64,000 nt of DNA from an uncultured Eubacteriales bacterium (GTDB lineage Bacteria; Bacillota; Clostridia; Oscillospirales; Oscillospiraceae): the NCBI GenBank assembly GCA_900316255.1, contig ONCI01000003.1, positions 33,584 through 97,583 of the forward strand, in the 5' to 3' direction. The notes under the pieces were generated by a model, which did not search any database, was not told the origin of the DNA, and worked only from the letters and a program-made list of their open reading frames with translations. The first letter of the stretch is position 1. Each line of letters starts with the position of its first letter. Below are positions 18,654-26,166 of the stretch, one piece after another. The translations under genes were made by a program, and so were the position numbers.

Positions 18654-19517
18654 ATGATCCAGCGCATCGTCAGGGTGCTGCGCCGCACGGGTCTCATTTA
18701 TCTGGAACGGCAGATCCCCCGGTCTTCGGCGGCGATGGCCTATTATCTCACCATGTCGCTCTTTCCGCTGATCATCTGCCTGTATGCGCTGCTGGGCAAA
18801 AGCTATCAGCAGATGTCCCGTGTGCTGGAGCTTGCGGACCATGTTCTGCAGCCGACCACCACCCAGTATCTCAAAAGCTTTCTTCTGTATGTGGCCAACA
18901 ATCCCAGCAAGACCATGGTAGTAGCGGCCATCCTGCTGCTGCTCAGCTCCGCTTCCGCGGCGGTGCGGGTGCTGCACCAGGGCCTGCGGGAGATTCACGG
19001 CTGCAGCGAGGGACGGCGAGCGAGCCTGCGCAGCTGGCTGTTCAGCTTCCTGTTTTCCCTCGCCTTTATCGCGGTGCTGCATTTCGGCATCCTGGTGATG
19101 CTCACGGGGCAGAGCTTTCTGGAACTGCTGGAGCGGCTGTTGCCCGTACTGCCGATCAGCCGCGCCTGGAACTGGATGCGCTTTCTGGTCCTGGGAGGAC
19201 TGGTGTTTCTGGTCCTCTGGGCGGTGTATGCGCTGTCCGGTTTCCGTCTGCGGCAGGATCGGCCTTCCGCTCCCGGAGCCTTTGTCGGAACCCTGGGCAT
19301 CGTGCTCATGAGCGGTATCTTTTCCACCTTCATCGCGGTTTCCGCCCGTTATCCCCTGGTATATGGTTCCCTGGCCTCTATCATCCTGCTGATGTTCTGG
19401 CTCTTCCTCTGCTGTCAGATCATCTATACCGGCGAGGCGCTGAACGAGGCGATCTTCCGGGAAAGGCAGATGCGGGAAAACAAGGAGCCCGGGGAAAAGC
19501 AGCCGGCGAAAGAATAA
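18654..19517 (+). CDS. YihY/BrkB-family membrane protein
   Basis: 287 aa polytopic; AAMAYYLTMSLFPLIICL typical family N-terminus. Confidence 0.8.
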   Translation: MIQRIVRVLRRTGLIYLERQIPRSSAAMAYYLTMSLFPLIICLYALLGKSYQQMSRVLELADHVLQPTTTQYLKSFLLYVANNPSKTMVVAAILLLLSSASAAVRVLHQGLREIHGCSEGRRASLRSWLFSFLFSLAFIAVLHFGILVMLTGQSFLELLERLLPVLPISRAWNWMRFLVLGGLVFLVLWAVYALSGFRLRQDRPSAPGAFVGTLGIVLMSGIFSTFIAVSARYPLVYGSLASIILLMFWLFLCCQIIYTGEALNEAIFRERQMRENKEPGEKQPAKE

Positions 19518-19573
19518 GACGCGGGAAAGAAGCAAGGGCGAAACCGGCTGTAAACGTCAGCATTTTCATCAAC

Positions 19574-19604
19574 AAAAAGAGACGGATCATTCCGTCTTTT
19601 TTTT
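19574..19604 (+). terminator. Intrinsic terminator after yihY-family gene
   Basis: AGACGGA (19580-19586) / TCCGTCT (19591-19597), 4-nt loop, T-run 19598-19604, A-run upstream. Confidence 0.8.
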
Positions 19605-19634
19605 GTGACTGCAGAACAGTAAAGCGATAGACTA

Positions 19635-19663
19635 TTGAAAAATATGTATACATATGATAAAAT
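19635..19663 (+). promoter_or_regulatory. Near-consensus promoter with a 14-bp palindrome in the spacer
   Basis: TTGAAA (19635-19640) - 17 nt - TAAAAT (19658-19663); spacer contains ATATGTATACATAT (19642-19655). Confidence 0.6.
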
Positions 19664-19784
19664 CGGTATAGACAAAAAATGACAGGTTGAGGCGGCAGGA
19701 CAAGGCGGACTGTTCCAGGAGAGGGCGGCCCTGAAGGCGCTTCGGATCGAACGGAAACAGAAGGAGAGGGAAGGGGGAAAAGTC

Positions 19785-22700
19785 ATGCGCGAGATCGACG
19801 ATCGCTACCCGGAATATGCGCGCCCCTTTGAGCCCCTGCGGAGAAGAACGATCCGCGCCCGTCTGACCGGCAATGAGGCGGCCCTGTACCAGCGCCGCCT
19901 CTCCCGCATGAATCAGATGCGCAAGTATTTTACTACCAGCGTCGTCACCCTCATCACCATCCTCATCCTGATCAATCTTCCGGAGCCTCCGGTGATCGAC
20001 CCGCTTCCTCCTCCGGAGGAGACGCCGATAGTCCTCCCCACGCCTACCCCGGCTCCGCCGCCAAGCCCCTTACCCAGCCCGGTGCCAAGCACAACGCCGG
20101 TAGAGTCTCCCACTCCGGCGCCGAGCCCCTTGCCCAGCCCGGACCCGACGCCTACACCCACCCCGACGCCGCCGCCTGCGCCGACGCTGACGCCTACGCC
20201 TGTCCCTACGCAAAAGCCCCCGGCGCCGCCGGCACCCACCCCTACGCCTACGCCGACGCCTACGCCGACGCCTACGCCTACGCCGACGCCCACGCCGACG
20301 CCTACGCCTACGCCCACGCCGACGCCCACGCCCACGCCGACGCCCACGCCGACGCCTACGCCCACGCCCACCCCGACCCCTGTGATCGGCCCGCAATTCA
20401 CAGCGCTTAGCTCCGAGCATCAGGAGTATGTCGGGATTGACGACGTTGGAAGTTATAATTACTTCTCCGTTTCCTTTGATCTGGATCTGCATGACGCCGA
20501 TCCTGACAAGCCCATTACGGCCCGTCTGCAGGCAGGCAGCCCCACAGGCGGAGACTGGCAGGATATCCCAAGCGGCGGATACTCGATCCCCAGCCTGAGC
20601 TACAGCGGTTCCGGCGGCGTATGGTCCGGCGATATGGCCTATGATATGGCCTTTGTCGAGTGGGATTGGGGCCATGGCGAGCTGGGCGCTCTGATGCAGA
20701 TGCGCGTCGCCTGCGACTACACGCTGACGGACGGCACTTCGGGAACCGTGTATTCCACCGACATCAAGGAGCTCTACGCCTATACGGGCGGATATTTGAC
20801 CCACAATCCGGACGCGGACGGGAAATCCGGCAAAGTGGACGGCAAAGGCCTTGACGTTACTTTCCGGGTGCAGAAGGACCTGATTCTGGATCCCGACAAG
20901 CTGGAGAAGGTGGAAGTCGTCGTATACATCGGCAACACCTGGATCGATATGGATCCGGACAAGCTGACCATGTTCCCCATGACGGAGGAGGGGATCCTTC
21001 GGCTCACCTGCCCGCTTGCCGACATACTGGGTCCCGGAGAACCCGCCCATTCCGGCAGCAATGACGAGGTCCTGCTGGTTCTCCATTACAAGGACGAGGA
21101 CAAGGGGATCGACTGGTCAGACGGCGCCTGGGCCCGCGTCAAAGTGCGCAGCATGCCGACGGTTGAGCTTGACCCCTATCTGTACGGCCCCTATGGCGAA
21201 GGCGCCTGGTATCCGACGTTGTTCTATACTGTGACGCTCAACGATCTGAAGGGCGGTACGGCCACCGCCTCGGTCTACATCGATACCGGAGACGGGTTCT
21301 ACAAGGCAGCAACTCCCTGGGATGCGGAGTATGCCTCGCACTATATCGGTACGTATGACCCGGCGGAAGAGCCGGGAGACACTTGGAAAGACCATTCGGA
21401 AGTCTACCTGGCCGAGCCCGCCGACGGCGGGGGGATCCGGGGCGTGGCGAAGATCGTCTTCGATATCGTCTATCCCGACGGGGAAACTGATCAGATCGAG
21501 ACCGAGACCAGACCCGTGTTTATGGGCTTCTTTGCCAAGATCGACAAGAGTTATGGCGGGCAGGGCTGGATCGAAGGCGAACGGACCGATTCCGATACAG
21601 GCGATACCCTCTATACCATGAGCTTCGACCTGATCATCGACACCGATCTGATGGATCCTGCCATGGTGGAGGATAACGGAGGAAGGCTCTCGAATACAGA
21701 CGCCTGGAAAACCTATTATGATCCCGAAACCGAAATCTGGACCGACGAGAGCGGGATCTGTCACATGCGCTACACCTTCGTTTCCAACTCTCCCTTTGTG
21801 GATGGCGAGTATACTTTTTACCCGTCTACCCGCGGATGGGTCGACGAGAACACTCTTTGGGAACCCTGGAGCCTCTCTTATGACTTCCTCAGATCCTCGC
21901 CTTCGGATCTGACGCCGCCGGCCTTTGTTTCGGTGAGTTCAAGCCACGACCACAGTTCGGGGAGCCAGGATCGCTTCCGGTACGCCTTTGATCTGGAACT
22001 CAATGACGCAGATCCCTATGAAGATGTGGTCGTCTCCCTGCAATACGCCGATATCGGCAGCGGGAACTGGGAAACCTGCCCTTCCGACGGGGACAGTATG
22101 ATCTGGGTGTATCACAGCCCGTCGGAAAGCGTCTGGCATTCTGAGGACCTGATCCTGGATACGGCTGCGCTCGACCTGAAGGGCGCCATGGGCTTGAAGA
22201 AGCAGGTGCGGCTCGCCGCCAAGTACAAACTGAGTGACGGAACCTACGGCCTTGCGTATTCCACCGACCTCCGCAGCCTCTACATCTTCACCGGCGACTA
22301 TATCCGCGGCGAATCTGCGGAGATGCAGGACGGGAAGATCACCGCAAAGTTCCGGGTGGACAAGGGCCTGGTTCCCGATTCGAGCAAGCTCACGATCGTT
22401 TCCTGCGCCCTGCGCAACGGCGAGCAATCCTGGGAGCTCTCCGACAAAGCCGTAATCACCGGTTCCGGAGAAGACGGGATCTGCACCGTGAGCTACACGC
22501 TGAACGGAGAAAGCCTTGATCTGACGAAGCATACATCTGTAGCTCTGGCCTTGCATTATCAGGACTATGGCGGAGCCATCGACTGGGATTCCTGCGGGCT
22601 TGCGGTATTCTACCTGCGCGGCGCTCCGACGCTGGAAATAGACCTGTCCGGCACGGAGGGCGATCCCGGCTACGGCGCGCTTGGGATCCTCACCCTGAAC

Positions 22701-23306
22701 GACCTGGAGGGAGGAACCGCAGTTTTCCGGCTGCTTTCCTGGGGATATGGCGGCTTTTTACCCATCTACGGTGATTGCGCAGAGCTGACCTGCGTCCCCG
22801 GAGACGAAACAGGAGGCAAGTATTACGCCTGGCTGTTTGATCCGTATCTTGAGGATCTCTCTGCCAACGACAGCGAGGGAGCCAGGGATAAGTCCAAGAT
22901 CGTCGTGGAGTACACCTACGCCGACGGTACCAAGGGCAGTCTGGAGAGTGCGGAATTTGAGCAGTACGGCGGGCGCTTTGTTTCCAGCGCCAACGATCCG
23001 CCCTTCTGCTATGACGAGGAGAACAAGTGCCTCGTGATGGAGCTTGCGGTGAATCTCTCTCTGGTGGAGATGGAGAATATCAGCATCACAAGTACGAGCG
23101 CGAGACGCGACACCTGGACGAATCTCGACGTCCCCACGCTGGCGGACTGCTACGCGGCCGGAGACGGGACCTATCGTATGATTTTCAAGGTGCCCCTGGA
23201 AACGCTGGAACCCGGAAGCTACAGTATGGATGTGCAGCTTACCTTCTATAACGGCAAAGGTCCCCGCTGGAAAAACGAAGTCTATGCAAAAATCGATCTG
23301 GGTTGA
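19785..23306 (+). CDS. Orphan membrane-anchored surface protein with Pro/Thr stalk and two diverged tandem modules
   Basis: 1173 aa; basic N-terminus, single TM ([18 protein letters not shown]), ~150-aa Pro-rich stalk, module 1 ~20391-21914, module 2 ~21915-23303 with colinear motifs ([20 protein letters not shown]; [32 protein letters not shown]; [20 protein letters not shown]); no family recognised. Confidence 0.8.
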   Translation: MREIDDRYPEYARPFEPLRRRTIRARLTGNEAALYQRRLSRMNQMRKYFTTSVVTLITILILINLPEPPVIDPLPPPEETPIVLPTPTPAPPPSPLPSPVPSTTPVESPTPAPSPLPSPDPTPTPTPTPPPAPTLTPTPVPTQKPPAPPAPTPTPTPTPTPTPTPTPTPTPTPTPTPTPTPTPTPTPTPTPTPTPTPTPVIGPQFTALSSEHQEYVGIDDVGSYNYFSVSFDLDLHDADPDKPITARLQAGSPTGGDWQDIPSGGYSIPSLSYSGSGGVWSGDMAYDMAFVEWDWGHGELGALMQMRVACDYTLTDGTSGTVYSTDIKELYAYTGGYLTHNPDADGKSGKVDGKGLDVTFRVQKDLILDPDKLEKVEVVVYIGNTWIDMDPDKLTMFPMTEEGILRLTCPLADILGPGEPAHSGSNDEVLLVLHYKDEDKGIDWSDGAWARVKVRSMPTVELDPYLYGPYGEGAWYPTLFYTVTLNDLKGGTATASVYIDTGDGFYKAATPWDAEYASHYIGTYDPAEEPGDTWKDHSEVYLAEPADGGGIRGVAKIVFDIVYPDGETDQIETETRPVFMGFFAKIDKSYGGQGWIEGERTDSDTGDTLYTMSFDLIIDTDLMDPAMVEDNGGRLSNTDAWKTYYDPETEIWTDESGICHMRYTFVSNSPFVDGEYTFYPSTRGWVDENTLWEPWSLSYDFLRSSPSDLTPPAFVSVSSSHDHSSGSQDRFRYAFDLELNDADPYEDVVVSLQYADIGSGNWETCPSDGDSMIWVYHSPSESVWHSEDLILDTAALDLKGAMGLKKQVRLAAKYKLSDGTYGLAYSTDLRSLYIFTGDYIRGESAEMQDGKITAKFRVDKGLVPDSSKLTIVSCALRNGEQSWELSDKAVITGSGEDGICTVSYTLNGESLDLTKHTSVALALHYQDYGGAIDWDSCGLAVFYLRGAPTLEIDLSGTEGDPGYGALGILTLNDLEGGTAVFRLLSWGYGGFLPIYGDCAELTCVPGDETGGKYYAWLFDPYLEDLSANDSEGARDKSKIVVEYTYADGTKGSLESAEFEQYGGRFVSSANDPPFCYDEENKCLVMELAVNLSLVEMENISITSTSARRDTWTNLDVPTLADCYAAGDGTYRMIFKVPLETLEPGSYSMDVQLTFYNGKGPRWKNEVYAKIDLG
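20238..20381 (+). repeat. Hexanucleotide (ACN CCN)24 microsatellite encoding (Thr-Pro)24
   Basis: 24 in-frame ACN-CCN units counted codon by codon from 20238 to 20381. Confidence 0.95.
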
Positions 23307-23337
23307 AAGCTGCTTCTGACCTGAAGGAGGATGGAAC

Positions 23338-24264
23338 ATGAAAAAGAAAAACACCAAGACCTACATCAGCATTGTGATCGTGGCGATCTTGGCCCTGCTT
23401 TTGGCAAATCCCAATTGGTTACCACTGCCGGCGGGTCTGAAAACAGCTCTGACGGAGACGGAGAAGAACAATCTTCTCTTCCAGAGCGACGCTCATACCA
23501 CCATCGCCCAGCTCCTGACTCTGCTACTGGCCATCGCCTTGGTGTGGCTGGCCTACCAGATCCTGAAGCTGATCCTGCACGCCGTCGGCAAGCGGGGCGG
23601 GCGGGCGCTGACCGTCACCAACCTGATCGCGGGGCTTCTGAAATACCTGGCGGTGATCGTCGCCGTGGTCTGGGGCCTGGGCATCCTGGGTGTGAACACC
23701 ACCGCGGTGCTGGCAGGCGTTGGCATCGTGGGCCTGATCCTGGGCTTCGGCGCCCAGAGCCTGATCGAGGATATCATCACCGGCGCCTTCATCATCTTTG
23801 AAAACCAGTACAGCGTGGGGGACATCATCATCCTGGATGACTTCCGCGGTACCGTGCGGAGCATCGGCGTGCGCACCACCGTGATCGAGGACGCCGGCGG
23901 CAATCTGAAGGTGGTGAACAACTCCGACATCCGCAATTTCCAGAACCGATCCCGGAACAATTCCGTGGCTTTGGTGCTGGTGGCCGTCTCCTATGCCACC
24001 GATCTGCGGAAGCTGGAGAAGCTGTTGAAGGAAAAGCTGGGCGATCTGCAGAAGGAGCACCCGGAGCTCTACCTCAGCGCGCCCCGGTATCTGGGCGTGG
24101 ACGCCCTGGCGGACAGCGGCGTCAACCTGAAATTCGCCGTGGATGTAAAGGAGCAGGACGTTTTTGCCGGACAGCGAATGCTGGCAAGGGATCTGAAGAT
24201 CCTCTTCGACGACAACGGCGTGGAGATCCCCTTCCCCCAGGTGGTGGTCCACAAAGGGGATTAA
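23338..24264 (+). CDS. Mechanosensitive ion channel, MscS family
   Basis: 308 aa; three TM helices then conserved IIFENQYSVGDIIILDDFRGTVRSIGVRTTVIED beta domain; 31-nt gap after the preceding gene. Confidence 0.9.
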   Translation: MKKKNTKTYISIVIVAILALLLANPNWLPLPAGLKTALTETEKNNLLFQSDAHTTIAQLLTLLLAIALVWLAYQILKLILHAVGKRGGRALTVTNLIAGLLKYLAVIVAVVWGLGILGVNTTAVLAGVGIVGLILGFGAQSLIEDIITGAFIIFENQYSVGDIIILDDFRGTVRSIGVRTTVIEDAGGNLKVVNNSDIRNFQNRSRNNSVALVLVAVSYATDLRKLEKLLKEKLGDLQKEHPELYLSAPRYLGVDALADSGVNLKFAVDVKEQDVFAGQRMLARDLKILFDDNGVEIPFPQVVVHKGD

Positions 24265-24276
24265 ACTTCCCGACAT

Positions 24277-24325
24277 ACAAACAAGCAGCCGGCGGGGCTC
24301 TGTGCCCCGCCGGCTGCTTGTTTGT
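24277..24325. terminator. Bidirectional hairpin between convergent mscS and csoR
   Basis: 22-bp perfect stem 24277-24298 / 24304-24325, 5-nt loop. Confidence 0.8.
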
Positions 24326-24333
24326 GAAAACTC

Positions 24334-24696
24334 TTACATGAACTTGTCGATGGCCTCGTTCAGCGCCTGGAGGTCCGCGTCGTGAGCGTCCGCCACGCAG
24401 TGCTCCAGGTGATCCTTCAAAATCACCTTGGCGGTGCTGCTGAGAGCGGAGCGGACCGCGGCCAGCTGGACCAGCACCTCGGTGCAGTCCCGCCCGTCCT
24501 CCACCATCCGCTTCACCGATTCCAGGTGCCCGATGGCCCGGGAGAGCCGGTTCAGCACGGCCTTGGTCTCGGTGTGGACGTGGCCGTGGGTGTGGCTGTG
24601 CTCGTGGTCATGCTCCACGGGATGGCTGTGGACGTGGCCGTCCCCATGGTCGTGGTAATAGACTTCTTCTTTTTCGTGTTCGTGCATGGCATTCAC
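24334..24696 (-). CDS. csoR: CsoR/RcnR-family metal-sensing repressor with His-rich N-terminal extension
   Basis: 120 aa; Cys, His at +25 and Cys at +29 (DCTE...DHLEHCV) match the CsoR Cu(I) C-H-C spacing; N-terminal 40 aa contain 13 His (HEHEKE..HDHGDGHVHSHPVEHDHEHSHTHGHVH). Confidence 0.85.
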   Translation of the reverse strand: MNAMHEHEKEEVYYHDHGDGHVHSHPVEHDHEHSHTHGHVHTETKAVLNRLSRAIGHLESVKRMVEDGRDCTEVLVQLAAVRSALSSTAKVILKDHLEHCVADAHDADLQALNEAIDKFM

Positions 24697-24717
24697 GCTT
24701 TCTATAAATTCTTACAA

Positions 24718-24746
24718 ACTATACACGATTTGGAGGTGTTTGACAA
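24718..24746 (-). promoter_or_regulatory. Candidate csoR promoter
   Basis: On minus strand TTGTCA (24746-24741) - 17 nt - TATAGT (24723-24718). Confidence 0.5.
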
Positions 24747-24747
24747 G

Positions 24748-24759
24748 CCCCCCGGGGGG
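24748..24759. promoter_or_regulatory. CCCCCCGGGGGG palindrome (candidate CsoR-type operator, or sfsA 3' hairpin)
   Basis: Perfect C6G6 palindrome one base upstream of the csoR -35; C-tract/G-tract inverted repeats are typical of CsoR operators. Confidence 0.3.
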
Positions 24760-24761
24760 AT

Positions 24762-24800
24762 GAAGAGTGAAAAGTGAAGAGTGAAAAGCGAAGAAAAGAG
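24762..24800. repeat. Heptanucleotide tandem array GAARAGY x5 (copy C of dispersed element)
   Basis: gaagagt gaaaagt gaagagt gaaaagc gaagaaa (24762-24796); 24768-24788 matches reverse complement of 15154-15174 at 20/21. Confidence 0.8.
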
Positions 24801-24806
24801 CTTGGC

Positions 24807-25394
24807 TCAGATCAGGCGGATCGGCACTTCCTGCCGGATGGCGAGGCTTTCCGGCGTGACGCTGCAGTCAAGAGCCAGGAGCCGCACACCGGCCTCGCTT
24901 GCCTCCCGCAGCGCGTCGGCAAAGGCGGGGTGGGTGGCCCGGTTCGGCTCAAAGTGATGAACGTCCGCCATCTGGATCACAAACACCGCCCAGGCCTCAT
25001 AGCCTTCTTTCACTGCCTGGGCCAGGCCACGCAGGTGCTTTACGCCCCGTTCGGTGGGCGCGTCGGGGAAGCGGACCACCCCATCCTCCTCCAGGGTCAC
25101 GCCCTTGACTTCCGCAAAGATGCGCCTGCCCCCGTCCTCCAGGTAGAAATCAAAGCGGGAATCGCCGTGGACGCATTCGGGCCTGAGCAGTTCCGGCACG
25201 AAGCCCGCGCCGCCGGCCCGCAGCCACTCGCCGAAGACCGTGTTGGGAGCCGCGGCGTCCATGTTGATGAGCCGCTCTCCCTTTTGCACCGCGATCAGGT
25301 CCCAGGCGGTTTTGCGCAAGGGGTTTTCGGCCCGCTGCAGATAGACCCTTGCCCCCGGAACCAGAAGCTCCCGGCAGCGCCCGGTGTTTTTCAC
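24807..25394 (-). CDS. sfsA: SfsA (sugar fermentation stimulation protein) lacking the N-terminal ~30 residues; possible pseudogene
   Basis: GTG 25394 opens at the conserved (H)VKNTGRCRELL motif; rest of protein intact (DFYLE...EVKGVTL...FPDAPTERGVKHL); vestigial ATG 25422 (MIYPNIREP) is in another frame. Confidence 0.75.
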   Translation of the reverse strand: MKNTGRCRELLVPGARVYLQRAENPLRKTAWDLIAVQKGERLINMDAAAPNTVFGEWLRAGGAGFVPELLRPECVHGDSRFDFYLEDGGRRIFAEVKGVTLEEDGVVRFPDAPTERGVKHLRGLAQAVKEGYEAWAVFVIQMADVHHFEPNRATHPAFADALREASEAGVRLLALDCSVTPESLAIRQEVPIRLI

Positions 25395-25418
25395 ATGGCT
25401 CCCGGATGTTGGGATAGA

Positions 25419-26003
25419 TCATCGGGCATATTCCTCCGTCCACTGCTCCAAAGCCCGGAGCGCCCTTCTCCGATGCAGGCCCGCAAGCTCCACGATCAAG
25501 GTGTCCCTGTCTGCCTGCAGGACCTTCCAGAGCTGGGCGATGTTCGCCTCTACCCGTTCGCCCAGCCCCAGCCGGCGGCAGAGCGCCGCGGCCTCATTCT
25601 GCTGCATCAGTACGCCCAGGAGAGGCTGCTCGGAGGACAGCGTATCCGCCAGCGCTGCGCGAAACTGGGGGATCAGCAGCTCGAAGCCGCCGATGGCGTC
25701 CAGCACCGAAAAAGGATACCAGGCGGCCTCCTGCAGCAGACGCACGCCTTCCCTGCGGAAGACCTCGTTGTCGTGCGTCGGCGCCATGCCCCGCAGATCC
25801 AGGTAGGGGAGGGCTTCAAAGCCCTCCGCTCCGCCCGCGGCTGCCGTCGGGAGGAGCAGGGAGCGCTGCAGCTTCCCGTCCCGATCCCGTTCCTGCGAAG
25901 TCACAAAGCCGCCGGCGCCGAGGAGAGCCGGACCCAGCGTCCGGCGGACTGCCTCGCTTTTGCCGCAGCCGGAAGGTCCTGTGAGAAACAGATGTTTTTG
26001 CAT
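25419..26003 (-). CDS. P-loop NTPase (THEP1/NTPase_1-like)
   Basis: Likely start ATG 26003 (AAGGAG RBS); MQKHLFLTGPSGCGKSEAV Walker A, FSVLDAIGGFE Walker B-like; track start 26240 is an extension. Confidence 0.7.
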   Translation of the reverse strand: MQKHLFLTGPSGCGKSEAVRRTLGPALLGAGGFVTSQERDRDGKLQRSLLLPTAAAGGAEGFEALPYLDLRGMAPTHDNEVFRREGVRLLQEAAWYPFSVLDAIGGFELLIPQFRAALADTLSSEQPLLGVLMQQNEAAALCRRLGLGERVEANIAQLWKVLQADRDTLIVELAGLHRRRALRALEQWTEEYAR

Positions 26004-26127
26004 CGGAAGGACTCCTTTTTCGCTCGATGCCCCGATTATACCCGGCTTCCATGCTTTTGTAAAGGCAGGGCATCCCCCGGAAAGCCGGAAAAGATCGTCT
26101 CCGGGTCTTTCCAAAAGGGGAAAAGAC

Positions 26128-26136
26128 TGATATAAT
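26128..26136 (+). promoter_or_regulatory. Extended -10 element upstream of the antiporter gene
   Basis: TGATATAAT (26128-26136); no good -35. Confidence 0.35.
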
Positions 26137-26166
26137 ACTATTTTAAGAAAATGCAGAAAAGGAGCG

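Noticed and set aside
19913-20401. 162-aa minus-strand ORF encoding (Gly-Val)n
   Set aside because: It is the reverse-complement reading of the (Thr-Pro)24 microsatellite inside the giant gene.
25419-26003. P-loop NTPase and nuclease-fold SfsA in the same frame as a read-through fusion or novel two-gene system
   Set aside because: The in-frame TGA is followed by only 8 non-conserved codons, and a vestigial SfsA start exists in another frame. A deletion scar explains the layout better than programmed read-through.
24774-26135. 453-aa plus-strand ORF opposite sfsA and the NTPase gene
   Set aside because: The minus-strand frames carry the SfsA and Walker A signatures. The plus frame is Pro/Gly/Arg/Gln-rich.
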